Counted from the first letter of the stretch, positions 37,493 to 47,150 are shown. The stretch is DNA of 64,000 nucleotides from Candidatus Omnitrophota bacterium (GCA_029571225.1 JAKPTF010000013.1:16344-80343), one strand, 5' to 3'. Notes: generated from the sequence alone by a model not told the origin. A program made the numbers and translations.

Positions 37493-37789
37493 ATGTATAA
37501 GGTCCATTTTGAATTTACAAAAAAAAGAGCGATGCGATATATTTCGCATCTTGATTTGATGAGGCTTCTTGCGCGCGCGATGCGCAGAGCCGGCCTGCCG
37601 CTGAAATTGAGCGAGGGTTTCAGCCCGCATGTGCGGTTGTCCCTTGCCAGGGCGCTCAAGCTGGGAGCGGAAAGCGATTGCGAGCAGGGCTCTATAGTTT
37701 TGAAGGAGTTTGTCAGGACCGACGAGATCAGGCGCCTTTTGCAGGAGCAGCTGCCTGACGGGATCGAGGTCCTCGCCGTACATTTATAG
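37493..37789 (+). CDS. DUF2344 (radical-SAM-associated, TIGR03936-like) mini-protein
   Basis: KVHFEFTKKRAMRYISHLDLMRLLARAMRRAGLPLKLSEGFSPHVRLSLARALKLGAES matches the DUF2344 N-terminal pattern. It is only 98 aa and sits directly upstream of rng. Confidence 0.6.
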   Translation: MYKVHFEFTKKRAMRYISHLDLMRLLARAMRRAGLPLKLSEGFSPHVRLSLARALKLGAESDCEQGSIVLKEFVRTDEIRRLLQEQLPDGIEVLAVHL

Positions 37790-37841
37790 GGCTGTTTAAA
37801 TTTGAATGCCGGTTAATCCGGCGGAAAGGGATGCAGGGATC

Positions 37842-39329
37842 ATGGCACGGGAGATACTCGTTAACGTTGAACACCAGGAAAAAAGGGTCGTTATCGTCAA
37901 TGACGGCAGAATAGAGGAATTTTACATCGAACGGCCCGGAGACAAGACGATCGTAGGGAATATCTACAAGGGAACCATAGAAGCCGCGCTTGCGTCCATA
38001 AACGGGGCGTTTGTCGAGATGGGCATGGTAAAAAAGGGTTTTTTGTATCTGTCCGAGATCGAATCGGGGTATGAATTTGAAGAGCCGCATTCGCAGCAGC
38101 CTCAGCAGGTGCTTAACCAGCGTCGCCATACGCCGGCCAAACTGGCCGGAGGGGTGAAGAAGGGCCAGGAAGTCCTTGTGCAGGTCGTTAAGGAATCTTT
38201 CGGGACAAAAGGGCCCAGGTTGTCCTGCCATATCGGCATTCCCGGGCGGTACCTCGTCATCATGCCGCTTGAGAACCAGATCGGCATATCGCGGCGCATT
38301 GAGAACGTCGAAGAGCGCAAAAGGCTTCGCCAGATTCTTACCGAGGCGCAGCTGCCAAAGGATATAGGTTTTATCGTCCGCACGGTCTGCCAGGGCAAAT
38401 CCAAGAACGAGCTTGTCCGCGACGCCAATTACCTTATCAAAACATGGCGCAGAATAGAGAAACAGATCCAGCGTATGCGGCCTCCGGCGCTCGTTTACTC
38501 GGAGTTGGACCTGGTGCTGCGCGTCGTTCGCGATTCGTTCTCCGAAGACGTTCATAAGTTGATTGTTGATTCCAAGCCCGAATTCTACCGTATCCATAAA
38601 TTCATGCGCGAGGCGTTCATGGGCCATATGCGCAGGAAAGTAGAATTCTACCGCGGAAACGATTTGTTCGCGGACAAAGATATAGAACGCCAGATCAATA
38701 AGGTGTTCGAGACCAAGGTGTACATGAAGTCCAAGGCCTACATCATCATCGAGCCTACGGAAGGGCTTGTCGTCATAGACGTCAACTCAGGCGGATTCAA
38801 AGAGCGCATCGACCAGGAGGACGCGGCGTTCAAGATTAACTGCGAGGCTGCAGTCGAGATTGCGCATCAACTGCGCCTCAGGGACCTCGGCGGCATCATT
38901 GTCGTGGATTTTATCGACATGGAGCGCGAGGGCCATCGCAGGGAGGTCTTGAGGGTCCTGCGCAACGCGCTCGACCAGGACAGGGCGAAATACGATATTC
39001 TGGGCATATCAAAATTCGGGCTTGTGGAGATGACAAGGGAGCGCGTGCATAATACGGTCCATACCATGGCTTTTCAGGCATGCCCCTATTGTTCCGGCCG
39101 GGGTAAGATTAAATCTCCTGTCACAATGTCCATAGCGGTCGTGAAGGAACTTCGCAGGTTCCTCCAGGGCAAGCAGCTAAAACAAGTCGAGGTATCGGTA
39201 CACCCGGTCGTTGCGGATGAGATAGCAAAAGACAAAGAGATACTTCGCCAGGTCGAGCGCAGGTATCGCGTACGCGTTGTCCTTACCCCCAATTCCGCGC
39301 TTAAGATAGAAGACATTGCAATAGCATAA
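37842..39329 (+). CDS. rng: Ribonuclease G / Rne-Rng family endoribonuclease
   Basis: MAREILVNVEHQEKRVVIVNDGRIEEFYIER, S1 domain (GNIYKGTIEA), DVNSGGF, and FIDME catalytic-region motifs. Confidence 0.85.
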   Translation: MAREILVNVEHQEKRVVIVNDGRIEEFYIERPGDKTIVGNIYKGTIEAALASINGAFVEMGMVKKGFLYLSEIESGYEFEEPHSQQPQQVLNQRRHTPAKLAGGVKKGQEVLVQVVKESFGTKGPRLSCHIGIPGRYLVIMPLENQIGISRRIENVEERKRLRQILTEAQLPKDIGFIVRTVCQGKSKNELVRDANYLIKTWRRIEKQIQRMRPPALVYSELDLVLRVVRDSFSEDVHKLIVDSKPEFYRIHKFMREAFMGHMRRKVEFYRGNDLFADKDIERQINKVFETKVYMKSKAYIIIEPTEGLVVIDVNSGGFKERIDQEDAAFKINCEAAVEIAHQLRLRDLGGIIVVDFIDMEREGHRREVLRVLRNALDQDRAKYDILGISKFGLVEMTRERVHNTVHTMAFQACPYCSGRGKIKSPVTMSIAVVKELRRFLQGKQLKQVEVSVHPVVADEIAKDKEILRQVERRYRVRVVLTPNSALKIEDIAIA

Positions 39330-39333
39330 TTTG

Positions 39334-39424
39334 CCCGCTTATAAAGGCAGCACCACCAGGCGAGGAATGTTCGAGCGACTGACGCTGCCTTTATAAGCGG
39401 GTATATTATTCTTGGCTTTTTTTC
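39334..39424 (+). terminator. Long inverted repeat plus T-rich tract after rng (putative terminator)
   Basis: CCCGCTTATAAAGGCAGC (39334-39351) pairs perfectly with GCTGCCTTTATAAGCGGG (39384-39401) across a 32-nt loop. It is followed by TATATTATTCTTGGCTTTTTTTC. Confidence 0.55.
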
Positions 39425-39452
39425 TTGATTTTCGGTTAAAATCGGGTATAAT
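39425..39452 (+). promoter_or_regulatory. Sigma70-type promoter upstream of rplU
   Basis: TTGATT (39425-39430), a 16-nt spacer, then TATAAT (39447-39452). The ~70-nt leader contains a hairpin at 39472-39492. Confidence 0.5.
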
Positions 39453-39524
39453 ATCACTCTATTCTATGTGCTTGGATGCCATGGGCATCTGGCACGAAAC
39501 TTATTACCTTTAAGGAGGTTACTA

Positions 39525-39839
39525 ATGTACGCCGTTATAGCAATATCCGGTAAGCAGTTTGTAGTAAAGGAAGGCGATACCATTGAGGTTGACAGGCAGC
39601 AGGTGGAAGCAGGCAAATCCATAACCATAAAGGATGTCCTGCTTGTTGCCGATGGGGATAATGTCATTATAGGCCAGCCTGTTGTGGGCCAGGCGTCGGT
39701 GCAGGCTGAGGCGCTGGCTCATACCCGCGGCGATAAACTGATCACGTTCAAATACCGCCGCCGGAAATCGTCCCATACGAAAAAGGGCCACCGTCAGGAC
39801 CTGACAAGGCTCTTGATAAGGAAGATAGCCGCTGGGTAA
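39525..39839 (+). CDS. rplU: 50S ribosomal protein L21
   Basis: MYAVIAISGKQFVVKEGDTIEVD...FKYRRRKSSHTKKGHRQ. AAGGAGG RBS 7 nt upstream. Confidence 0.95.
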   Translation: MYAVIAISGKQFVVKEGDTIEVDRQQVEAGKSITIKDVLLVADGDNVIIGQPVVGQASVQAEALAHTRGDKLITFKYRRRKSSHTKKGHRQDLTRLLIRKIAAG

Positions 39840-39870
39840 TCAGCCGTCATCCCGGAGACTATAATATCCC

Positions 39871-40824
39871 ATGTTTGTCGATCAGGTGCGGATTGTTGTG
39901 AAGGCCGGAAACGGCGGCAACGGCTGCTCAAGCTTCTATCAGGACAGGTTCAATATGCGCGGCTTTCCCGACGGAGGAGACGGCGGCAGGGGCGCTGATA
40001 TCATCGTCAAGGCAGACCGCAACCTCCGGACGCTCATTGACCTGCAGTACAGGCGGCATTTTATCGGCGCGCACGGCACCCACGGGTCAAGCAAGAATCA
40101 GCGGGGCCGAGACGCGGAGCCCGTAGTGATCAGGGTGCCCTGCGGAACCATAATCAGGGACGCCGGAATGGATTGCCTTCTGGGCGAGCTCGATATTGAC
40201 GGGCAGGAGCTGATTGTCGCCCACGGCGGCAAAGGAGGGCGCGGCAACCAGAACCACCGAGATGCGACCCCTGGCGCAGCCGGTGAGGAAAAAAAGCTGC
40301 AGTTTGACCTGAAAGTGCTGGCGGACGCGGGGATTGTGGGCTTTCCCAACGCGGGCAAATCGACGATCGTGTCAAGGATATCGAATGCAAAGCCTAAAAT
40401 CGCAGCTTACCCGTTCACTACCAAAACGCCGACGCTGGGTATGGTCCTGTCGGATAAAGGGCCGTTTGTGGTTGCCGATATTCCGGGATTGATAGAGGGT
40501 TCGTCTGACGGCAAGGGGCTCGGGGACAGGTTTCTGCGCCATATCGAGCGGACTAAGCTGCTGGTCCATGTGATCGACATGTCGGGTTTTGAGGGGCGTG
40601 ACCCTGTTGAGGACTACCGCGTCATCAACCGTGAATTAAAAAAATACAGTGCCGCTGTGTCAAAAAAACCCCAGATCTTATGCGCGAATAAGATGGATCT
40701 CGACGGATCATGGGAGAACCTGAAACGGTTCAGGAAAGCTGTCAGGAAAAAAGTGTATCCCGTTTCAGCGCTGAAAAAAGAAGGGCTGGAGGAGCTCGTT
40801 GAAGCAATCGGAAAAAAAATTTGA
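39871..40824 (+). CDS. obg: GTPase Obg/CgtA
   Basis: MFVDQVRIVVKAGNGGNGCSSF Obg fold. G-domain motifs GFPNAGKST and DIPGLIEG. Confidence 0.9.
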   Translation: MFVDQVRIVVKAGNGGNGCSSFYQDRFNMRGFPDGGDGGRGADIIVKADRNLRTLIDLQYRRHFIGAHGTHGSSKNQRGRDAEPVVIRVPCGTIIRDAGMDCLLGELDIDGQELIVAHGGKGGRGNQNHRDATPGAAGEEKKLQFDLKVLADAGIVGFPNAGKSTIVSRISNAKPKIAAYPFTTKTPTLGMVLSDKGPFVVADIPGLIEGSSDGKGLGDRFLRHIERTKLLVHVIDMSGFEGRDPVEDYRVINRELKKYSAAVSKKPQILCANKMDLDGSWENLKRFRKAVRKKVYPVSALKKEGLEELVEAIGKKI

Positions 40825-41860
40825 GCGGATCGTCGTAAAAATAGGCTCAAGCCTTTTCTACGGCGCTGACAGGCGGGTCGATTTCGGCCTTCTTGAGCGT
40901 TTATGCGCCGATATAGCCTCGTTATACGCCGAAAAGAAAGAGATTATCATCGTTACCTCGGGCGCGATAGCGCTGGGTATGGAAGCGCTGGGGCTTAAAA
41001 CCAGGCCTAAAGAACTTGCCACCCTTCAGGCTGCCGCCGCCATCGGACAGAACGAGCTGATGGATGTGTACCGCGCCATATTCAGAAAAAAAGGGCTTCA
41101 ATGCGGCCAGGTTCTCCTTACCTGGGACGATTTTGCAAACCGCGCTCGGTACCTGATCGCCCGCAATACCCTTGCCAGGTTATTGAAGCTGGGCGTTGTG
41201 CCCGTTATTAATGAGAACGACGCAGTATCAATAGACGAGATTAAGTTCGGCGATAATGACCAGCTTTCAGCGCTGGTCGCCAATATAGCCGGTGCGGACC
41301 TGCTTGTAATCCTGTCTGACGTGGACGGCCTTCTGGGCCGCGACAAAAAGACCGTTGTCAGGATTGTCACGCAGATCAATGACGGGATTACGGGCCTTGC
41401 GTCCGCCACACGGCGCTGCACATCGGTCGGGGGAATGATCACCAAGATAAAGGCCGCCAAGATAACTACGGACGCCGGTATCCCGTGCGTCATCGCAAAC
41501 GGCCGCGCGCCAAACATTATACGGGCGCTTGCGCATGACCCATGCGCGTGCGGCACGATGTTCGTGCCAAAGCAGGCAGGCCTGAATCATAAACAGCGCT
41601 GGCTTGCGTACTCCACGAAACCAAGAGGCAAAATCAGCGTTGATGACGGCGCAAAGGCCGCGCTTTTGAGCAAGAAGAGCCTTTTGTCAGTGGGCATCGA
41701 CGCCTGCTCAGGTAATTTCAAAGCAGGCGACGTCGTGGAGATCCTCAACAGGGGGGCCGTATTCGCCCGCGGAAGGGTTAATGTAGATTACGGCGATGTG
41801 GTTCCGCGCGCGCGGTCGGGCCGCGAGGTGGTCCACTGCGATAACATTGTCATACTTTAA
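40799..41860 (+). CDS. proB: Glutamate 5-kinase (with PUA domain)
   Basis: TTG start overlaps the obg 3' end. IVVKIGSSLF, VPVINENDAV, and a C-terminal PUA-like region. Confidence 0.9.
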   Translation: MKQSEKKFERIVVKIGSSLFYGADRRVDFGLLERLCADIASLYAEKKEIIIVTSGAIALGMEALGLKTRPKELATLQAAAAIGQNELMDVYRAIFRKKGLQCGQVLLTWDDFANRARYLIARNTLARLLKLGVVPVINENDAVSIDEIKFGDNDQLSALVANIAGADLLVILSDVDGLLGRDKKTVVRIVTQINDGITGLASATRRCTSVGGMITKIKAAKITTDAGIPCVIANGRAPNIIRALAHDPCACGTMFVPKQAGLNHKQRWLAYSTKPRGKISVDDGAKAALLSKKSLLSVGIDACSGNFKAGDVVEILNRGAVFARGRVNVDYGDVVPRARSGREVVHCDNIVIL

Positions 41861-41870
41861 CGGTGCGCAT

Positions 41871-43133
41871 ATGGCTACGGTAAAACAGCAGGTTCTGGAA
41901 ATCGCGCAGGCGGCGCAGGAGGCTTTCCGCAACGCAATGAACACCCCTGCCGACATCAAGGACGCGGTGCTTAAGGATATGTCCCGTGCGCTTATCCTGT
42001 CGCAGGATACGATCATAAAGGCAAATAAAAAGGACCTGACTAAGGCAAAGTCTCAAAACAGGCCTAAAGCCTTCCTTGAGAGGCTTGTCCTGGATGAAAA
42101 GCGCATTTCTCAGATGGCGGATTCGCTTCTGGATATCGCAGCGCTGCATGATCCGGTTGATGAGGTTATGACATCGGTGCGCAGGCCCAACGGCCTATGG
42201 ATACACAAGGTCCGGGCGTCTATCGGCGTGATTGCGATTATCTATGAGTCGAGGCCGAACGTCACCTCGGATTGCATAGGCCTTTGTTTCAAATCAGGCA
42301 ATGCGGTGATACTGCGCGGAGGCAGCGAAGCGGTAAATTCAAATACCGCAATTTTCTATGCCCTTCGGGCAGTGCTCAGGCAATACGGCCTGCCGGAGGC
42401 GCTGGTATCCATGATCCAGTCGCAGGACCATAAGGCGGTCGCGGAGCTTTTGAAACTCAACGATTATATCGACCTGGTAATGCCGCGCGGAGGAGAGTCC
42501 CTCATTAAGACGGTTGTAAAGGCTTCTCGCATACCCGTCATAAAGCATTACAAGGGCATTTGCCACGTTTATGTTGACGAATGGGCTGATCTGAACATGG
42601 CGCAGAAGATTTGTTTTAACGCCAAGGTCCAGAGGCCGGGAGTATGCAACGCCATGGAATGTATGCTGGTCCATCGCGATGTCGCCGCGCGCTTTCTGCC
42701 CGGGATGATCAAACAGTTCAGCGAGGCCGGCGTCGAGATCAGGGGAGATGAATTTACCAGAAAGATCGGGAAGGACAGGGTCAAAAAGGCAAAAGTATCC
42801 GATTACTCGACCGAATTCCTTGACCTGATCCTTTCGGTCAAGGTCGTCAATACCCTGCAGGACGCGATCGCCCATATAAACCGGTTCGGTTCCCACCATT
42901 CTGACGCAATCGTGACGGACAATTACCAGTCGTCGCTTGAGTTCATGCGCCGGGTGGACTCAGCCTGCGTGTACACCAACGCCTCGACCCGTTTTACTGA
43001 CGGCGGACAGTTCGGCATGGGCGCTGAGATCGGTATCTCGACGGATAAATTGCACGCGCGCGGGCCCATGGCCCTGGAGGAGCTCACAACGTACAAATAT
43101 ATGGTATTCGGAAACGGCCAGGTGCGCCAATGA
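41871..43133 (+). CDS. proA: Glutamate-5-semialdehyde dehydrogenase
   Basis: ATG 41871 (MATVKQQVLEIAQAA), IYESRPNVT, CNAMECMLVH catalytic Cys context. Confidence 0.9.
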   Translation: MATVKQQVLEIAQAAQEAFRNAMNTPADIKDAVLKDMSRALILSQDTIIKANKKDLTKAKSQNRPKAFLERLVLDEKRISQMADSLLDIAALHDPVDEVMTSVRRPNGLWIHKVRASIGVIAIIYESRPNVTSDCIGLCFKSGNAVILRGGSEAVNSNTAIFYALRAVLRQYGLPEALVSMIQSQDHKAVAELLKLNDYIDLVMPRGGESLIKTVVKASRIPVIKHYKGICHVYVDEWADLNMAQKICFNAKVQRPGVCNAMECMLVHRDVAARFLPGMIKQFSEAGVEIRGDEFTRKIGKDRVKKAKVSDYSTEFLDLILSVKVVNTLQDAIAHINRFGSHHSDAIVTDNYQSSLEFMRRVDSACVYTNASTRFTDGGQFGMGAEIGISTDKLHARGPMALEELTTYKYMVFGNGQVRQ

Positions 43134-43696
43134 GGCTGGGCATACTCGGAGGGACGTTCAACCCCGTGCATATAGGCCATCTGATCCTCGCTGAAGAGGT
43201 AAGGGAGAAACTGAAGCTCGACAGGGTCATATTCGTTCCGACGTACATACCGCCTCACAAGACGTCCAGGCACATAGCCCCGGCAAAGGACAGGTACGCG
43301 ATGATACGTGCCGCGATCAGGACCAACCCGTTCTTTGAAGTCTCCGATATTGAGATACGGCGCAAAGGGGCCTCGTACACCATAGACACCCTTCGGGAGT
43401 TCAAGCGGCTCTTCCCCGGGGACGAAATGTACTTTATCACCGGCTCAGACCTGCTGAATTATCTTGATAAGTGGAGGGACCTCAAGAACGTCATCGAGCT
43501 GGTAAAGTTCGTTGTCGCGACGCGCCCCGGGTATCCGCTTGAGAAGATTCCGGCGTATATCAAAACGGTCGCCATACGCGCAGTTGACGTGTCGGCGTAT
43601 GAGATAAGGCATTGCGTGAAAAAACGCCTGTCGTTCCGGTATCTAGTCCCTGATCCTGTGTTTGAATATATCACAAGGAAGAGGCTTTATCGATGA
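43130..43696 (+). CDS. nadD: Nicotinate-nucleotide adenylyltransferase
   Basis: GILGGTFNPVHIGHL (the (H/T)xGH motif), 188 aa, ATGA overlap with proA. Confidence 0.9.
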   Translation: MRLGILGGTFNPVHIGHLILAEEVREKLKLDRVIFVPTYIPPHKTSRHIAPAKDRYAMIRAAIRTNPFFEVSDIEIRRKGASYTIDTLREFKRLFPGDEMYFITGSDLLNYLDKWRDLKNVIELVKFVVATRPGYPLEKIPAYIKTVAIRAVDVSAYEIRHCVKKRLSFRYLVPDPVFEYITRKRLYR

Positions 43697-44340
43697 ATAT
43701 CAAGGTGGCGCCGTCATTGCTGTCGGCGGATTTCAGCAGGCTTGCCAGCGACATCCATCAGGTGGAAAAGGCAGGGGCGGATTTGCTTCACGTGGATATA
43801 ATGGACGGGCATTTCGTCCCGAACATCACCATCGGCCCTGTCGTGGTCAAGGATATCCGCCGCGTCACTGCCCTGCCGCTTGAGACGCATTTGATGATCG
43901 AGAATCCGCAGAAGTTCATAGGGCCCTTTATCAAGGCCGGCAGCTCCATGATCACGGTCCATGTCGAGACGGTAACGGCAGAAACGTTCGGTGCCATCAG
44001 GAAGGAAACCTCCGCATCAGGCGTGAAGCTGGGAATATCGCTGAACCCGCCGACGCCGATTGATGCCATAACGCCGTATCTGGAAGCTGCGGATTTCGTG
44101 CTTGTTATGTCGGTTAATCCCGGGTTCGGCGGGCAGGATTTTATTCCCGGAGCTGCGGATAAGATCCGCGGTTTGCGCGGCAGATTCTCAAAGGATATAG
44201 CCGTTGACGGAGGCATAAACGACAGAACTGCCAGGCTCGTCATCGAGGCGGGCGCCAGTATCCTGGCTGCGGGGTCATATATATTCAGGTCTGACGATTA
44301 CGGTAAAGCGATAAGGAGCTTACGATGTGCGACGCAGTGA
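43693..44340 (+). CDS. rpe: Ribulose-phosphate 3-epimerase
   Basis: APSLLSADFSRLA...HVDIMDGHFVPNITIGP and MSVNPGFGGQ. Confidence 0.9.
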   Translation: MNIKVAPSLLSADFSRLASDIHQVEKAGADLLHVDIMDGHFVPNITIGPVVVKDIRRVTALPLETHLMIENPQKFIGPFIKAGSSMITVHVETVTAETFGAIRKETSASGVKLGISLNPPTPIDAITPYLEAADFVLVMSVNPGFGGQDFIPGAADKIRGLRGRFSKDIAVDGGINDRTARLVIEAGASILAAGSYIFRSDDYGKAIRSLRCATQ

Positions 44341-45734
44341 CAAAGATCAAATTCGGCACCGACGGATGGCGCGGGGTCATCAGCGATGATTTCACCTTTG
44401 CAAACGTCCGGCGGGTAGGTCAGGCGGTATCGGACTATTACCGCGGCAAAAACGCAGGCCAAAGGGTGTCGATCGCCATAGGATACGATTACCGTTTCAT
44501 GTCCGACCGTTACGCGCATATTATGGCTGAGGTGTTTTCCCATAACGGCATCGATGTCTGGGTGTCCGATCAGGCGATCCCGACTCCGACATTGAGCTAT
44601 GCGGTCAAGCGGATGGGTTTGACTGCCGGCATCATGATTACCGCAAGCCATAACCCCGGAGAATATAACGGCATCAAGATCAAGACCGCTGAAGGCGGCG
44701 CAGCGGGCGCCGATGTGACCGGTGAGGTGGAAAAGTTCCTTGATTTTCCGGCACCGCACGAACACGGGCCGGCCGGATCTATACGAAAAACCGACATGAC
44801 AGCCGAGTATGTCAGGTTCCTGCGCTCGTACGTTGACATCAAAAGGTTCAAGAAGGCGAAATTCAAGATCCTGGTAGATACCATGCACGGGTCGGGCAAG
44901 GATTTTCTCAGCCGCGTGCTTAAAGGCACCGATATTAAACTTGAATACACGCGGCTCGATCATAATCCGTCGTTCGAAGGATTAAGGCCTGAGCCTATCC
45001 CCGAGAATCTCGGCGCCACTATCGAGAAGGTCAAAAAGGGCAGGTATGACCTGTGCCTTGTGCTCGACGGCGACGCAGACCGCATCGCCGCGGTCACCGG
45101 CGAGGGAGAGTTCATCAGCCCGCAGAAGATACTTGGCCTTTTGATACTGCATCTCGTCCAGGACCGCAGGATGACCGGCGGCGTCGTCAAAACCCTTGTC
45201 GGGACAAACCTTATTGATAACATCACCTCGAAGCTCGGTTTGAAGCTATACGAGACCCCCGTCGGGTTCAAATATATCTCAGAGCTCATGATCAACGAGG
45301 ATATCGTTGTCGGCGGCGAGGAGGCCGGCGGAATGGGGTTCAAGGATTATGTGCCCGAGCGCGACGGTTCGCTCGCGGGACTGCTCCTTATGGAGATGAT
45401 GGTGATGCGCCGCAAGACAATCACCGGAGTGCTCAAGGACATGGAAAAGGAATTCGGCAGGTATTATTACCTGCGCGAATACATCACCGTCCAGGCGCTT
45501 GGATCGTTCAAAATGGAATCGGTCAAGGCGGTCAGGCAGGTCCTTGGAGTTGAAGTCATGAAAGTCAATGATTCCGACGGCGTCAAACTGATCCTCAAAG
45601 ACGGGGCATGGCTTATGCTGCGCGCCTCCGGCACCGAGCCGATCATACGGATCTATGCCGAGTCAAAATCGCTCAAACGCACGCGCGACATGCTTGCGTT
45701 CGGCAGGAGCCTGATCATGAAAAATGCTGTATAA
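44325..45734 (+). CDS. Phosphoglucomutase/phosphomannomutase family protein
   Basis: Active-site loop TASHNPGEYNGIK, metal loop DGDADR, and GEEAGG sugar-binding loop. Confidence 0.85.
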   Translation: MCDAVTKIKFGTDGWRGVISDDFTFANVRRVGQAVSDYYRGKNAGQRVSIAIGYDYRFMSDRYAHIMAEVFSHNGIDVWVSDQAIPTPTLSYAVKRMGLTAGIMITASHNPGEYNGIKIKTAEGGAAGADVTGEVEKFLDFPAPHEHGPAGSIRKTDMTAEYVRFLRSYVDIKRFKKAKFKILVDTMHGSGKDFLSRVLKGTDIKLEYTRLDHNPSFEGLRPEPIPENLGATIEKVKKGRYDLCLVLDGDADRIAAVTGEGEFISPQKILGLLILHLVQDRRMTGGVVKTLVGTNLIDNITSKLGLKLYETPVGFKYISELMINEDIVVGGEEAGGMGFKDYVPERDGSLAGLLLMEMMVMRRKTITGVLKDMEKEFGRYYYLREYITVQALGSFKMESVKAVRQVLGVEVMKVNDSDGVKLILKDGAWLMLRASGTEPIIRIYAESKSLKRTRDMLAFGRSLIMKNAV

Positions 45735-46317
45735 TCTGGGTAAATTTCTCTCATTCGTTCTGTTAAAATTATTCTTTGGCTTAAGCGTTTCCGGCAAGGG
45801 GTCGGTGCCGGATAGCGGCGGCTTCATACTCGCGACGAACCACGCGAGCAATATCGACCCGCTGGTGATCGGCGTCGCGAGCCCTCAACCGCTTCATTTT
45901 ATGGCAAAGGCCGAGCTGTTCGGCAACCCTTTTTTCGCTGCGGTTCTAAGAGCGGTAAATGCGTTCCCTGTCAAACGCGGGACCGGCGATATTCAAGCCA
46001 TACGCGAGGCAATCCGCCGCGTCCGTTCCGGAGGAGGGCTGCTTATCTTCCCTGAAGGCGGCAGGTCTTCCGACGGAAGCATAGGCCGCGGCCATGAAGG
46101 GATAGGTTTTTTAGCCGAAAAACTTAACGTGCCGATTGTGCCTGCGTATATCGAAGGAACGGCGCACGTCCTTCCCAAGGGGTCGAGCCGTTTGAGGCCG
46201 GGGCGGGTATCGGTGCGTTTTGGAAAAAAAATCTTGTTTGAAAGGAGGATGCCTTATCAGGCTGTCGCTGATAAGATTATGGACGAGATCAGGCAACTGT
46301 CATGCGGGTCAAATTAG
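45724..46317 (+). CDS. plsC: 1-acyl-sn-glycerol-3-phosphate acyltransferase
   Basis: NHASNIDP (HX4D) and FPEGGRS motifs. Confidence 0.8.
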   Translation: MLYNLGKFLSFVLLKLFFGLSVSGKGSVPDSGGFILATNHASNIDPLVIGVASPQPLHFMAKAELFGNPFFAAVLRAVNAFPVKRGTGDIQAIREAIRRVRSGGGLLIFPEGGRSSDGSIGRGHEGIGFLAEKLNVPIVPAYIEGTAHVLPKGSSRLRPGRVSVRFGKKILFERRMPYQAVADKIMDEIRQLSCGSN

Positions 46318-47150
46318 CCAGGCATACCGGCTTCTGCGCGGGCGTCAAGCGCGCCATCAGCATCACGGAGAAGACGCTTGAGGCGTCAGACGATGCCGTT
46401 TACTGCCTGGGCGCGATTATACACAACGCCCAGGTCATGGCACGGCTTCAGTCGCGCAATCTCGTGCAGGTTGATTCCCCGGCAAAGGTGCCAGCGGGTT
46501 CTAAGCTAATCCTGCCGTCTCACGGGAGCCCTCACAAAGTCCGCTCGGAGGCTCGCAGGCGCCGTATCCGGCTTATTGACGTCATGTGCCCTTATGTCTC
46601 CTCGGTCCACGCGATCTGCTCGCGGATACGCAAGGCAGGCATGAAGGTGGTGATAATCGGAGACAAGGACCATCCTGAAGTGCGCGCGCTCGCGGAGCTG
46701 GCGCCCGATGCTTCCATTATCAGCGACATAGGCGGTATCAGGCATAATGCGTTTTGCGCCTGCGATGTCGGCATCATCTCGCAAACGACACAGTCGCGTG
46801 AGAAGTTCCTGGCGATGGTAAGCGGTATCCTGGAGAAGAATCCGAAGGTCAGGTCTGTCCACATCTACAACACGATATGTCTCGATACGTCCTGCAGGCA
46901 GGAGGAGGTCAGGGATCTGGCTCGTAGCGTCGACCAGCTTCTTGTTATCGGCTCTCGCTCGAGCGCGAACACCAACCGCTTATACAATATCGGCCGCAGG
47001 ATCAATAGAAGGACGTACCTGGTTGAATCGGCCGCCTCCGGCGTGTTTAACAGGATCGGAAGGCATGGGACAGTGGGCATCATCAGCGGCGCTTCGGCGC
47101 CTGACTGGCTGGTGCAGCAGATAGTACGAAAACTTAAGGAGCCGCGGTGA
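46302..47150 (+). CDS. ispH: 4-hydroxy-3-methylbut-2-enyl diphosphate reductase
   Basis: FCAGVKRAI, conserved Cys residues (CPYV, NTICLDT), 282 aa. It lies upstream of rpsA, as is often seen. Confidence 0.9.
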   Translation: MRVKLARHTGFCAGVKRAISITEKTLEASDDAVYCLGAIIHNAQVMARLQSRNLVQVDSPAKVPAGSKLILPSHGSPHKVRSEARRRRIRLIDVMCPYVSSVHAICSRIRKAGMKVVIIGDKDHPEVRALAELAPDASIISDIGGIRHNAFCACDVGIISQTTQSREKFLAMVSGILEKNPKVRSVHIYNTICLDTSCRQEEVRDLARSVDQLLVIGSRSSANTNRLYNIGRRINRRTYLVESAASGVFNRIGRHGTVGIISGASAPDWLVQQIVRKLKEPR

